Below, piece after piece: positions 14,201 through 29,200 of a stretch of DNA of 64,000 nucleotides. Source of the DNA: Acanthaster planci (Eukaryota); contig NW_019091358.1 in NCBI RefSeq assembly GCF_001949145.1, forward strand, positions 310,961-374,960, written 5' to 3'. Position numbers and translations under genes: made by a program. Below the pieces are notes generated by a model. That model saw only the letters and a program-made list of their open reading frames with translations. It was not told where the DNA came from and did no database searches. Position 1 is the first letter of the stretch. Every line of letters begins with the position of its first letter.

Positions 14201-17200
14201 TCGTGTGAAGCGCAAACCAACGTTAGCCGCATTACATAAGTTTTCATTGAATTCACCGTGAGGAGGTCCAATTGGATGATATCAATTTCATGACTTAAAT
14301 GATGTGGTAAAAGAGGGCTCCTTTATCCACATGTAATGACACATCACAATAGTATTCTTACAACTTAAAAAAAAGCTACTTAACAGTAATAACATTTCTG
14401 GCAAGGATGCCTGAAGTTACTGTTGCATTTTGTTTTGCAGGTTATTAGTTGACAAAACTGCACCTTTCAGTATAAGCAATACAGGCAGTAGAAAACTAGA
14501 GATGAACTAGATAAGCAGTAGCACAGGGGCACAAAAACAAAACAACAGCAATCGTTTACAAAATTGTAGTGACAAGAGAGCAACAAAAGAAAAAAATGGC
14601 ATCAGTGATAATAATTAGTAAAGTCAGCAACAGCAGTGAAAAAAACTGAGCAAAAGCTGCAGCATCAGCAGCTAAGGAAGAGCAGCAACGGCATTAGAAA
14701 AAAGAAATAACTACACCATCAACTGCTACAATGGCAACAGCAACATCACTGACATCAACATCAGCAGCAAACACAAACAATAGCAACAACATAAACCGGA
14801 ACAAACTCCAATATTTCATAAGTAAAAATGCAACCCCCCCCCCCAAGTTTCTGCAGTTGTGACTCGAGCACCTACCCCTGTCCCTAGCTACGGGGATCGC
14901 CTGCGAAGCCGACGATGAAAACGACGGTGGGCTCAGAGTGGTCACTATCGACGACACGCTCAGACGACTTCGGCTTCTCCTCTGCCCTGAGGGCGAGGTC
15001 ATGCTCAGAGCTGACACGCTCCGTAGGGTGGACTCAAAATCTGCATCACACATGGTGAGACAACAGGTTGTCTACTAGCAACCAAGACCCAAGCAGAGAA
15101 TTTTTTTAAATATAATTTGTGTACATGCTCCTTTGTGTCTATTTAACCTGATCTCAAATTTTTTTGCCAACTGAGGAGCATTTTGGTGCCTTTTCTATTT
15201 GGATTTTTTTTATTCAAGATGCCAGGTCAGAGAGCCAAGCTTTCTCAGAAATATTTTCAATGAAGCAAGTTTGGTTCACAGTTTCCACAGAAGCCTCCAA
15301 AATAAACACTGTCTACCTCAGCAACGGAAGCCTCATTTTACAGAAAAAGCCCTCATTTTTCAGAAAAAGCATTAAAACCTTGAGGGTTGCACTGCCCGAT
15401 GAAGGTGACCAGAAAGAGATGCCACATAGCTTTCCATTTAAGAGAAGCAGAGAGCTGCACCAAATATGTGCCCAGGTAAAATTCACATCACAGACTTTTT
15501 CATGTAGCAATTTATGAGCATTTCCCCCAAATCAGATGTAAGCCAAAGCTACATATTAAGAGATGGCTACTCCGGAAAAATAAACCAGTTCATCACACCA
15601 ACTGAAACATAGTATTTGCAATTCATGTTAGTATACATTGCAGTATTCATTGCCGTTAAAGCAAACTTTAATAAATAGTTCCCTAACTTCATGCAGCATT
15701 TTCATATCTGGCTGCTACATCAAAAGAGGTACTTTTTGCTTTCATTAAACATGAAATAAAAACAGAGATTCAAAAATGATAAGAAAAGTTTCTTTTCTAT
15801 ATCAGCCATCTTTGCAGATATTGCTCCTAAAAGTGCAAAAAACATTAAAAACTATAAATAAAAATTGCATTAAATTGCTAGATATTATTAAACATTCAGA
15901 AATGCAAGCAATATCTCGGTTAATAGGAAAAACATGCTGTCTACTTAATTAAATCTTTTTTCAGGGGAAAAAAAAAATTGGCATCAAGGATCTCAACTCC
16001 AAAGGGAGAACTTGAAGGATTCAGACTGCATACTGACCCGACTGCGGAGTGTGGACAGCCACTATCAGCTGGATAGCATTCTTGGCATATCTGGTGACCA
16101 AGGCGTCGCAGGAGGCTTGGGTCAGCTCACTGGCAGGGAAGTGGGTGGACTGAAGCTCACGTCTCAGGCAGGTTAGGACAGTGGAGGCGTGCTCAATCTG
16201 TCGTGGGGAACACAAAATACAAAGGGCGTATAGCTATAAAACAAGAGAAGTTATCAAAATGTCACTAAAATTCAGATGAGTTAGTTGAAAGGTATCTCAT
16301 CATTTTTGAATTTGATAAACGAAAGGGTTTAACAACTGTCTAATGGATGGAGTGAAAAGAGGAATCTATTGACCGCCCTCCTCAGTATTTTAGGCTAAAT
16401 TACTGCTAGGCAATGCAGTATGCGACAATATTGGTAAAGAATCTGCTCAGTGTAACAATATCCCACAGGTCCACTATCCTCTAAAGGTTAAACAGCCTGC
16501 AAGTCTCAGCCTGCCAGTGCCAGCCACCAAAGGATCCAACAGCAACCATGTTCAATGGGACTAACTTGCTTTGCCCCAGAACGGGCAAGGATCCTACTTC
16601 CATCATCTGCTCAGTACCGCAGGTCCCCACAGAAGTGTCCAATGTTGCAACTTATTGCATTCACAGCGGGGTTGATACTGACAAGGCTGGGCCCACTTTC
16701 ACATAACTGTGTATCTCGGATCCCCACTCTGTACTTATGGCACTGATAGTTACTCTCACGATCAGTGTTCGTAAACATCTATTTAAACATCAACACAGGT
16801 TTGTCCGCACCTTTGTGTTCATAAGCAGCTGTTCCAACATTAGCATCGGTTTAGACACCAAATGCTCACAGTCGTGTCTCTCTGGCTCAGGTAAGCACAG
16901 TAATGCCTGAAATAAAAACAGTAATCATTGTATGCGTACACCACCATGAAATCATTCTTACAGACTAAATTCCTTGCACAAGAATCCTTAACGATACTTC
17001 TCTGTGCCAACCTTGGAGTGTGTAGTAACTCAGAATTTCTTTAATTAGCAGTGGCAGTTGCACTAACGGAATGTGAGTAGCCAAGCGCATCATTTCTTTA
17101 TGGAAACCACTGACTCCACGCACTGGTGGCCCATCTTTTCTTATTCCTGAACATTGCTTCGTCGCCGCAGTAAATCAGGTTTAGCAATAGTATACAGCTA

Positions 17201-20200
17201 ACAGGTGAGCTACGGTGATGCTCAACAAATATTTATATTTTTGGTCCATAACCCAGGTGCTTCTACTTACCTGTACGTGTATTTCTTCTTTGTACATATT
17301 TTATCAGGAAAAAATGATGTTGCAAAGTTTATTTTTCCCATTCACGCAAAGTGAGCCCCAAAAATGCATTTGTTTTATAAAGAACACTACAGAAACCGGC
17401 TAAGTTAGCCACAAAAAAATCATGTTATTTTTGTAGAAAACTTCAGCACTCGCTAAAGGTGCCAAGGGAACTCACGAGGGCAGGCATCACAGACATTATG
17501 CACAAATCGGAGACAGTGCAATGCTTGAGCACAGCAACCTATTCTCATGAGAGTATGTGCAAGCCCATCTAGGGTTTGTGCTTCAGCACTGGGTGTATAG
17601 GCGTAGTGGCTGTGAATGGATGCTGCCTCGTACGCAGCAGTGATATCCCACTGACCTGATGTCTTGCTCATTGTTACGATCCCAGTTGATCCCAATCCTT
17701 TTGTGTCTCCCCGAAAAGGTACGTGTGGAATTTATGCATGTTCCAAAAAACCTATAAGAGACTCCATAGTCATTGATTTCGCTCTCAGTCAGTGCCTATA
17801 TGCTTTTAGCATGTGCGTTCCGAAATAGCCAGCGTTGGGTCAGCACCTCCTTGTCGTCTACGCCTTAATTACTGCTGGACCGTGGCCAAGGCTGACACCG
17901 CTGAGGGACCGTGGACCCTGGAGTGTCGTGGCTCCATGTGGAAGCCGAATCTCGGGGATCGACACTGACCTACCGGTCTGAACTGGGCTGTTCTGGCGCA
18001 GAGTGTGGAGGTGCTTGGCCCGACGACCGCGTTCTTTTAGCAATGGCACTGACTGGGCGAGGCCTAATTTTCTTCCTCTCTTGTGTTGGCTCCTTAAGGT
18101 AATTATACTCGGCCGAATATAATTTGCCTCTTTGCGTATTAATATGTTTTTTTGCGGGCTTGCTAATGTTCAATGTAATTAATTGTGCTTGGCTGTGCTA
18201 TGGTAAATAATTTCCTTTTATGCTTTCGACTGTTCAAATTCACGGTGTTCTTGCATGAGAAGTTTAAGAGAAGTGGTTTGCAGCAAACCACTAGATTTAC
18301 TTTGTTTTAATTTACTGCTTTGCTAATTTAAGTTTACAATTAAATGTTATTAAAAAAAATTAGTTCCTTTATTGTTCTTTGCTCGTATTTTTAGTGTCCT
18401 GGTTCCCGTCTTTTGATTTTTCTTCTGCTGTGCGTTCTCCGCACGCAACACTCATGCAATGCTTCACGCACCTATAGCATGATGTGTGAACTTTCATCTT
18501 TTCAGATGAATGTGTACACAAGTGCAGTGTCTTCACATGGATGCCATGCAAACTGCATCAATAGCATTAAGGGGTAAGTGATGCTTCTTGTTTCATAACT
18601 ACCAAGGGGTATGTGAGCACGGAGGCCAAATGAATATCTGATGCTTGGGTGGAAGTGGTATGAAGAGTGCCTAGAAATGGACCCTTGCAGGACTAACCTT
18701 GGCACCCAGGCTGAGTGACTGCAGCTCCTCCACCTGCTCCATGGCCATCAAGTCCAGAAAGTGATCCATCATGAGCTGGACCAGGAACACCGTACTGGCC
18801 AGGCTGATCCTGTCCCCCTGGGCGTCCAGGAGGTTCCTGCAGATGCGAAGGCAGAGGGCGCGGTCCCCGATCTGCTCCAGGATCTGACAAGGCCAAGAGA
18901 ATCAAGAAGAGAAGTAGACAGCTTTGCCAAAAATGACACCAGTCAGATACTCTGCACTGAGGTTCTCACACATCCACGAGCGCAGAGGATAAGATCAGAT
19001 TGCTCTAAGATCTCATGGGAAATTTTCAAAAAGGCAGCTTTGCAAATATGATTTGGGATGGATATTCTGTCTCAAGATTCTTTCAGATCTGCAGACTTTG
19101 CCACCTGCTCTGGAATCTTTAAAGCTAGATAGCAGATGAATGAGCCTGTTTCAGCAACATGATATGGAAAATTTCTGCAGAGAGGCCATCGCAGCTCCGT
19201 GGTTGCCACTGCAGGTAGCTGCAAACTGGATAGAAGACAGGATTAGGCTGATATGCAAGACTGGGGCAGGTGAGGTTTTCTGCTGCAAAATAGATTCAAA
19301 CATATACACACAAGTAATCTACAAGCCCGCAGATCTGTAGATACCAAGGATGATCGTGGATGAAGTCAACAACTTGCACATCAGCATGGCTGAGAAAAAT
19401 GAAGGTGCTATGAAAGAATGACACGGGAAGATTTGTGCTTAAAGTGAAGATCAGCAGATGCAAGGAACCATCTCGGTCAAGCAGTCAAAGACATCGAATC
19501 GAGAAGACTTCTTGGTCTGCAGACCTGTTGACTCCATTATTACTGCAAATAGTGAGGACATCAACTATTCCCAAAGTTACACAGCAAGCATCAGGAATCA
19601 ACAGGCAGCTCTTAGCATTCAGGGCAAAAACATTCAACCAGTGACACTGATGGGGTTCAACCCTCACACCCTACAGTCAGGCATCTCATATCTCAAAGAC
19701 AAGCTTCAGGATAGAGTTTTCTCCAATTGTAACCCACTGGCAAGGCTGTCAGAGTGAGGACCCCTTCTGCTTACTGTTTTAAGCCAATTTCAATACTCTA
19801 AAGCCACTGGATGGTCAAGAGGACTTGTACTGAAAAAGACGCGCAAGGCTTCATCAGTGCAGCAAAGGCTTGTGGCCAGTGAAACTTAAGCTGGCCAGAG
19901 AAACTTAAAGTGCTGATCATCTAGCAAGTCCCGGTCAAGTTTGATTGCACCATCCACGGACAGAGCTCATTCCTAAAATAACACAGTTAGTTCTCCGTGT
20001 GTGACACGTCTTTATGGTGTGGCTCAGCCTTTACTGGTTTTACAATTATGTAGGCTAATTTATTCAATATCTTATCGATATTCTTATTCGTACCAGGACA
20101 TTTTAACAAAGCAGATATGCATAACGAAAATATCAGCCACTTCCCACTGTCCTTACTGCTGCGCTGGGTGGAACACACTCAAGTTATGTCGTTCATACTA

Positions 20201-23200
20201 CTGCTAGCACTGATTTATTGTCCACTGTAAACAAAGTAAAACACCCTCTGCTAATAAAGGATACCAAAATGGTAAAATAACGACCACAAAACTTGCACTT
20301 CTAAAATCCATGTTGACAAGTGCATTGGCCAATGCTTGGAGTTTTTCCTCAGGTGAGTTAAAATTGAACCCATTCAATAAAATCTGATGGAAAGTAAGGA
20401 TACATCTGAGTATTACTGCCCAATATTGATTAGCTTCAGTCATCATGCTAATTATGTTTAACGTATAGGTCTGTTCTGTGCATGGAAATAATGCCCAAAA
20501 CACAAAACTGCTAGAAGTCTACTTCCATGTACTGCAAGGAATTCATTGGAAACCACATGTGCAATTTGAACACCTGTGGAAGGTACATGGAAATAGCTTT
20601 CAAAACTATAATTTTGGCCCAAATGTTGAAACTGGAATGTTTAACATCTTAAGAGTGTAGTGTATGGTAGGAATTCAGGGCCTAAAAAGGGAGTAAATTG
20701 CACTAGATTCTGAAATGCTGGTAAAATTTTAATTTTTGCAGAGTTTCTGATTAAATAAAATCCTGCTGTTAAGAAACTTAAACGAAAAAAAATTGAGGGA
20801 AATCAATTCAATTAAAAGAGTAATCTCTATTTACACTGACCTGGTACGCCATGAGAGTGTTGTTGCTATCACCCAGTAAGTGCAAAAGATGCTTTTCATG
20901 AATTGTCTGCATGGATGGAAATAACAGAATAGGTCGATAAACTGGAGGCATTCCATGAAACTTTGACACGAGATAGGACAGGACAGGCCTGGCTGCAATT
21001 TGTGACAAGTGTGAACCACGAGGTTGACACAGAGAGGTCAAATTTCACTGGAATCATGAGGAAACTTGAATTATCCCAATGTTTGTTTTTGTGGTAAAAG
21101 ATCCAAAGTATTTCAAGTATCAGTTTTCCTTGATTAAGATGGTGCTTTTTGAGGCAGCAGAATGCAGGTCCCATACTTTGAGACTCAAAAACCTCATTGA
21201 AATCCGTAAATAAATCCATGTTTTGTTTTATCTACCAAAAACATGGATAACAGTTTCTCCACAGCAACCTCTCAGTGAAACCCTGCTTTAGCAGTACTCT
21301 GTATTGGCAGTACTGAAAACAAGATTCCTCAAGGCCTATGTATGAAATGGAAAGCTAAATTTACACTCCAACTTTTTGAGAGTTGTTTTTGAGAACAAGG
21401 ATCACTGAGTTTCATTCGGTTGACTTTTTGACCCAGTTTTTCTCAGTCTTGAGTGCCTTCTCAAGCACAGACCTTGATGCACCCCTATTTGCCATTGTTG
21501 GGAGCTTACCTCTTTTAAGTTTAAGTACACGTTGTGCTGGACTGCCCATTTCTTGGCCAGCTCAAAGTCCCCGGCACCCAGCAGCACGGCCAACACTGCG
21601 TGGGGGTCCTCCTGGCTGTCTGCGGCCGCTCGCTGCCACTGGACGTAAGGGCTTGGTGGGGTCACTGCCTCGGGGTCACTGTTGTCCAGGTCAAGTGTCG
21701 TGGCTGAATCGTTGGCCTGTGCATACTCGGCAATCTGTACAGGATAGTTTCCCAAAAATGTTAATGCAAAACAGGAAGATCGAACAGTCCCTGTGATTCA
21801 AGTAGCTGGTAACTGCTGAAACATTTCATTGAATGGTTTTCAGTCTGCAACAATTTATGAATAACAACTCTAATTTTCTTAACATCAGAAATGCCACAAA
21901 TGGTTAATCCTTTTAGAGTTAGAAGCTGGTACTCTTTAATTTATAATTTGAAGTACTGAAAGTCAGTTAAATTCAAACATGTTGTTCAACCAATCTTTGC
22001 GCATAATCTGTAGAGGTAGCACCTACAACTTCTCTCACCACAACAAAATAAAGCAATTTAATTTGAATTTGTTCAGGAAACCACATGCAAAAAACAGAAC
22101 TAAAGAGTTTAATCTTAATGCCACAAAGGACTGTGCAGATAAAAAAGTTGGGAGTACTGAGGCCCTGAAAATCAGATGTCAACAATTGTACAGTTCTTTA
22201 ATGTGATAGTGATGCTCTACTGTGCTGCATTACAGTACGAGTTCAGAATAGTGCAGTTTACAGTCTTACTTGTCACATTAAACCCAATACTACATGTATC
22301 TTGTATTCAGAGCTTCAAATGTTACAATTGCCAGGAAACTGGATGAAGTTGCAGAGGGTGATTGACAGCAGAAAGGAAAATAAACTCATAAAAACTTTCA
22401 AGACTAAAATGGCAACGGTTATTTTACCTTGCTGTATGTTTTCATTTGTTCCAGCTTAAAAGCAACAGATTCTTTCAGACTGGTGTCTGCAGCAGGGTTT
22501 GCCACACAGTGCTCCAGTAACTGCAGACAGACTGACACAGGTAGGCGGGGTAACAGACCTAGGGTCACCCGGCTACACAAGTCTTTGTCTTGGAGGCATA
22601 AGAGTGCCCGCCAAGAATCAGACATCAGTAGCTCCTCCTTCTTTGTGGAGAGGTCAGCCTGGGCAGCACAGCAGAGCACAAAGTCCCGTATGATTGACAA
22701 CTGCGGCAGCCAATCACTTAACGCGTCCGCTTTGGGGAGTGAGTAGATGAGGTGCAGGGCATCCGCCCACTTGGAGTAGGTTATGAGGTGATCTACGGTA
22801 TAGTACACCATGGCCTGGTAGTGGTCGCTGCTGAGGTTGGCCAAGGTGCAGGCGTGGGCATTACGCATAGTCAGAGCGACAGTGTTTGCTGGGTGGCCTT
22901 CTGGTATATTCAGGCTGCTGGCTTTATCCTGCAATGTTTCGGCTGTTTCTACAATGTTCAACATAAAGGACTCCACATATCGCTGCACAGTGGAGTAGCC
23001 AATCACATGCTGTGCCATTTTGGTCATCTCCAGCCGCGGTGTTATCACATCCGGGAGGAACTCCCTGTCCTCACCGAAGGCCCCTTCATCAAAGACCAAG
23101 CTCATGGGGCTGCCCACTGAGCTGGTCAGGCTGTTGCTGCTCTCGAAGGACTTCTTCAGTGCAAACCTGTCGGGCCTGTCATCCACTGACATACTGACAA

Positions 23201-26200
23201 GGCCAGCTAGGGAGGCGACCAGCTTGGACTTGGAGTGGAGGTAAGCCAGGGTGGACTCTGTCATGCTGAATGTCGGACGGGGCAAGCACTCAAAATGCCT
23301 GACGGGGACCTCGCTGAGCAGACCCTCAGGCTCAGAGGAGCTGCGTCGATGGGTAAGAACCGGCCGCTTCAGTTTGGATGCAAAGCGGTACTCAAACTTA
23401 TAGCCATAGCAGAAGTTATATGGCTCGATTCGAACGGTAAACTTGAAGGAACGTGTGCGGGTTAACTTTGGTCTCATTGGCAATCCTGGATAAAGTAAAA
23501 CATAATCATAAATAGTACCTTGACCTGAAAAAACCTGACAAAAAAAACATGTGAAAGGAAGGCAGGTGAAATGCCACCACGTGACTGGTGAGAAGGCTAC
23601 AGCTTGTACACATTTAGATGAAAACTGGGCTTAAGCTTAAAATGCAACCACTGAGCGATGCTCAAAACACATTGGTTCTCTAAAGTAGGCCCCTCCCACC
23701 AATAACAGTTCCTGAACAGAACCCACAGGTTCCAAGCATGCATGAGAGAGGAAGCATTATGACAAAGCAACAAGATTCCATTGAAGCTTCACATTGACTT
23801 TTTCATCCCAAACTATATCTCCGTGCACACATCTGACTCTAAGGTGAAACGGTCAACAGGTGAAGGGGTCGGGGGTCCAGTTTGGCCTGAAACAGAGAGC
23901 GCAGTGATTTCTTCTCACCCGGTGAAGCAGGTTTCTCCTCCAGCTCAATCTTGCCCGGCTGGCAGCTCAGAACAAATCTCTCCAGTTTCTCCCCAAGCTG
24001 CTTGGACATGTGGGGGGCCACCACGTTGAGCAGGCCACCATATATGTGGCCTTGCTCCACGTCTGTGCCCAGACTCTTCCCAGTGAAGTCCTTCCGGAAC
24101 CAGTCCAGTTGCTTAGGTATGGTCACCTGAAAACAAAATGGCCATTTGGAAGCTATTATCATGTCAATAGGCTGTGGGTTCCCTGTTAAGGCTGAGTAAA
24201 TTTGAATAATTGAATATTTGACCTTCCATTTGATCAAAAATTCAGTCGTACCAAATTCCGCAGTACAAAGAAAAAATATACAAGAGTACAAAAGAAAGAA
24301 AAACTTGACAAAAACTTGGAGAAATTTTGGGCCATTTTGCTGGGCATTTGCACTTTATCTGCCTTTAAGTTTAATCATTACATCTTGAAAAACACTTGTA
24401 GAATGCAGTTTTTCTTTATTTCATTGACGTTCATCTCTGAATAATCAATTTGGAAAAAGGATTTGATAATAATCAATACATTTAAATAATACTTTTCACC
24501 AAATTTTGATGTAAAACCTGTTACAAAATGCTATGTCCAAATAATATGACACATAGAATTCATATGGGATGGGAATAGTTGTTAGCTCAACAATGAAATC
24601 AGGGTAGTTAAGGAAGTGGCGTCACTATATTTTGAAGTGTTAACAAAGACTTAAACACTTGCCATATTCATCACAGGCAACAGAAAGGTCTCTTTTTCTG
24701 AATGTAACTGGACATGAAAAAGCTTACGAACATCTAGGAGACTCAGAATGACAGCCCCAACTGAATTCTGTTTATAAACTTACCCGCATTCTCTCCTCGT
24801 TCACGATCACGTAATTCTCCAAGAACTGCTGCATCGCTGACTCTAGCTGCTCTTCCACAGTGTTGACTTGCAGCACCTGTGCAAATCAACGTGGGTAGAT
24901 CAAATCGGACGCATCTAATTAACTCAAATAATCCTGAATACTCCAACAATCTTAAATATGACTTATCATACATCTCAAAGGGTTCAGGTTAATTGTACTA
25001 GCATCATTTGACAAGATGACACCATCTCCTTCAATTTCGTTTGTAAGGTAGAAAAAAAAGAAAATAAAAGCAGTGAGAAAATATCAGTATGATTTGAGGT
25101 TTGTGTGGTGTAAAACTACTAAAGGTACATGTATAAAATGGCTGCAGACATGTAAATGTATTTCTTCTTTGAAATATGGAGAGTTTTCTAACTACCGGTT
25201 CTTTCAAAGTAACACTTCTTCAAAGAAACAAATATACAAGGATGTACCCGAAAGGCATTATCTTCCTGTGAAAAAGAAGATTAATTTTTGAAACACTTTT
25301 GATTATAATTGAAGTTCTTGGCTAGGCACAGTGTATATTCAGGCTGCAAATAAGAGTGAACAATGAAACTTAAAAATATTTGAGATGCAAATACTCTGAA
25401 ATCGCTAAGTACATGTACATGTGCAATAACAATGTTGCAACAGTAGTTCCCCTTCTGATGACGATCTGATGTTAAGTTTTTTATTTCATTCTCAATCCAA
25501 CCATTCCAGATCTTCCAAAATCCTCCAGGAGATTTGGAGGCCACTGCAGGATGAGGAGGGTACAGTTCACCCACAATTTCCTTCCAGAGCTTTATGTCCC
25601 TGGAAAGCTTGACTAAAAAAGGACGCATCATGGTTTTTCTGCACAAGGGGATTTTAGACGCTCTTGAAAGGTTCTCAGTAAATATTCCAAATGGGGTTAG
25701 GCTAAATGATGCCTTGGGATCCTTACCTGCAAGGCTGGTGAGACTTGGCACCCATTGGAGATGACAAACAGCAACCGCGTCTCGGCAGGTGGCAGATACC
25801 TGTGCCAGGGGTCCTCAACATTCAGTGCTGCAAACCAACAGATGTTTACAGCACGCTGTGAAAATGTGGTTGGTGTCTAAAATCCTACGACTGCTTTCAA
25901 CTCGGCCAAAAAAACATCCCTATTAAACCCAGGGTTCCCAAAACCAAAATTCAAGTAATGACTACTTGTTGCTAAAAACCGCACATCTGCCGCCAAATAC
26001 TTTTCTTCTGCAGCACCGGTACAATGTTTTTCTAGGGGATATTGCAGGATACCAGTCAAACTTGCGAATATTGACCATTTGGCGCCAGCTCATCATTCCT
26101 GGTAGCCTTAAGCAAGAAGAGTTGAGATAGCAAACGTGGAGGTCGAGTGGAAGCTTGTGTGTCTGAGTTAAATTAAAACTGAACAAAATATGAACAGTGA

Positions 26201-29200
26201 ACAGAGTTGACAGTTCAAAAAAAAGAGGAAATTTTGACTTCCAGACAAATATTGGATGACTAGCAAATAATGTCCATTCGGGCAATTCACAACAGGGTCG
26301 ACAGATTTCGTGCGTTGTGATTGGGTAACGCACTGCAAACTCTTGGACGTGCACTATTGTGAATCGAACGTATTCATAAAAGACTTGTGAAGTGTCTTGT
26401 GACATTATTTGCAATTTGTGAAGCACAGCCCTTGGCCTGCTCTGGTACATTTAATGGCTTACCGTGGAGCCTATGAAGGAGCATGTGATTGAAGCATGAT
26501 GGCGGGTGCAGCCCTGGCCGCAGGATAATGTAACGAAGCTCAAAGGCACTGCAAGATGAAACCATGACACACACACAATGACGTCACCTTGGCACAATGG
26601 TGCTATCCTAGCTTTTCAACTCGAAAAATCTCTGGTACATAACATAGTTAACCACTTCCTGCCGGGAACTCCTGAATCGGAGACGTATGGTTTATATGCG
26701 TGGCCAGGGTCTCCGAACTCGGACAAAGGACACAGGGCCCTGTAACAAAAGACCGTACTCTGAACGAAAGACCAGGCTGCTGGGCATTACCGACATTTTA
26801 CACTCTCAAAAGTGGTGATAATCCAGCCTTGTTTTGAAACTGTATACCAGGATTTGGGGCATTGAGAGCGAGCGGATTACCACCGGGGACAAAAGCGCTC
26901 CACCACCACAGCGATGAGCCACACAGCACTGCTGCACTCTAATCTGGCCCCTATTGAAAAGAAGTCAGCAGTGCACTGAGCCAGGTTCGTGAACAAAAGA
27001 CAGTTTATACAACCCCGNNNNNNNNNNNNNNNNNNNNNNNNNNNNNNNNNNNNNNNNNNNNNNNNNNNNNNNNNNNNNNNNNNCAACTTAGAGTAGCGCC
27101 TAAAGATTACTTCGTGTGGCTATAAACGACCGTTAAATGAAATGATGAATTTTGAAGGATTTTGAAAACGGAAAAAATGATAGTCATGCTGGCCCAGCAA
27201 CATCAACATTGAAAAATGCCCCGGCATGAAGTGGTTAAGGAGAACACCAAGGGTGGAGTGTGCCATGCCCTGAGGGCTGGAGTCTGACAACAATTCATGT
27301 TACATTAAGAATTCACTTCCAAATGGCTGCAAAACCTTTGAGACAATGACAACTAGCCAGAATAATTAAATCCATCTCCTGTAATGTTCGGCCAACTGCT
27401 GAAGTAGGCAGGTCTTGCACCCGGAGCATACCAGGATGGCATTGGAGAAGTCCATGTCATTTAGTGGGTTCAAGGTAACCATCCATTATACATGTAAGTT
27501 TAATAATTTTGAACTCTTAAAGTCTCTACCTTTTTTATGAACTACTTTTACTCCATCAGTTGCTCTTGTAAACTGTACTTCTGTGTTTTGCGGTGAGAAT
27601 TTTTATATTCAGCACTATAAACAGCATTCAGGCAAAAAGCAATTCTGGACTGATACTGATTCTAACAACATAAAAGAAAGTAGCACAGATGAGCCTACCT
27701 GACTACACCAAGCTGTCCGATGCGGTAGGCCATCTTGTTGAGGTAGGCAATCCGTTCAATGATCAGACGACTACTGGTACCCGGCAGGGTGACAACATTC
27801 TCAAGGCATGGTGTTGCTGTCAGGGAGCTGTGCCTTGTGTGGCCGGATGAAGGTGTAGTGGCAGTGGTTTCCTTCAAGAAAATAACAAGGAACACTGTCA
27901 ACATAATGAGTTGTTCTAAAATGGTGCGCCTTCAATGTTTGTCAAAGAAAGGGTCTCCCACTAAAGGGTTGCCACTGCCAACCACGCAATGCTTTATGGG
28001 TAACCAGAGCTGCCCACCTTCAATTCAGCTTTTCAGTAGTCCAAAGGCCAAAAATCAATATTCTGATAAAGAAATCAGTAGTTTTCTAGGTGATGCTGTC
28101 AGAATGTGCACTTTTACTCCCAACTGGTACTGTACAGTATACTCAAAAAGCCCTTAGGCTGTTTCAGTCTGGAAACATCTTTTTCACAAGGTCAGTCAAG
28201 TGATCAGCGGCAGCAAGGGAGCACTTTATGTTCAAAATTAAAAACTGCAACATGCTCTTATTACTGGAAAGTCTTTTGGCTGAAAGAACTGAGCGATGTC
28301 ACCAGCACTTTTTGATGATGCAACGTTGGACTGGTGCTTTTTTGATATATGTGAACTTGAAAGTCATTCGTACACATGTATCTCCTTGGTCAATGGAAAA
28401 GTCGGACAAATAAGGTGTACATCTCAGGCTATGTTCATCCCTTCTGGGTAGTGAAATACATGTTAATCTGAGTACGTATTCCTATTTGAAAGGCTGATTT
28501 CTAAAACTGTTCGAAAGCCATTTTTATGATCAGCTGTGCTACGTTGGATTAGAGAATCTAATCACCAAGGTGCGCATAGTGCACCCGTACACACTACACA
28601 TTAGGCTGGGCTGCAGTGCAAAGTACATTGCCAGATAACTGTAGACTTCAGGGAATCAGACTATCCTCTGCTCTGTGATTGGGGCACCATGAAAATTGGA
28701 CTCCGTAAAATCCGGATTCCATATGTTTACTGTGCATGTAATCAGCTTTGTTTGGGATCGAATCACAGTGCCCACTGGCCAAGCATGGTATAGCAAGCCT
28801 CAACATTGTGTACTGAAAAATGCCATGATTGGATTTTCCAAATCTATATGAAAACGGAAAATCCATTCTCATTGGCAGTTCTGGGTTACAGCACTTTTGA
28901 TATTGCCCAAATTGAAAATTGAAAATTCAATAAGATTTGACGAAGGGAGGAAAGTTTTGAATGATTGTGGAATACCACGAAGTGACACAGAAGAAATTAA
29001 AATTTGGATGAAACAGTATGGACAGTGTATGCATACGATGATTTGGAGCCATGTGTGATTGCTTGACAACAGAGTTCTGAGTTGGTGACTTTTTCCCACA
29101 ATGTAATGCATACTTCCACTGATTGGAACTCCCTCAATTGATGGATGATTCTGTAATAACAACTCCTACGCTATTGTGATCAAGAAAGAGTAGAACAGAA

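Noticed and set aside
17100..18340. GC-richer intronic stretch with short ORFs and the palindrome AGTGGTTTGCAGCAAACCACT
   Set aside because: Probably a transposon remnant, but I found no TIR pair, target duplication or recognisable protein.
23887..23918. 32-nt GT-AG micro-intron after exon 19
   Set aside because: Too short for typical metazoan splicing and the downstream frame reaches a stop without a good donor. Exon 19 joins exon 20 in phase.
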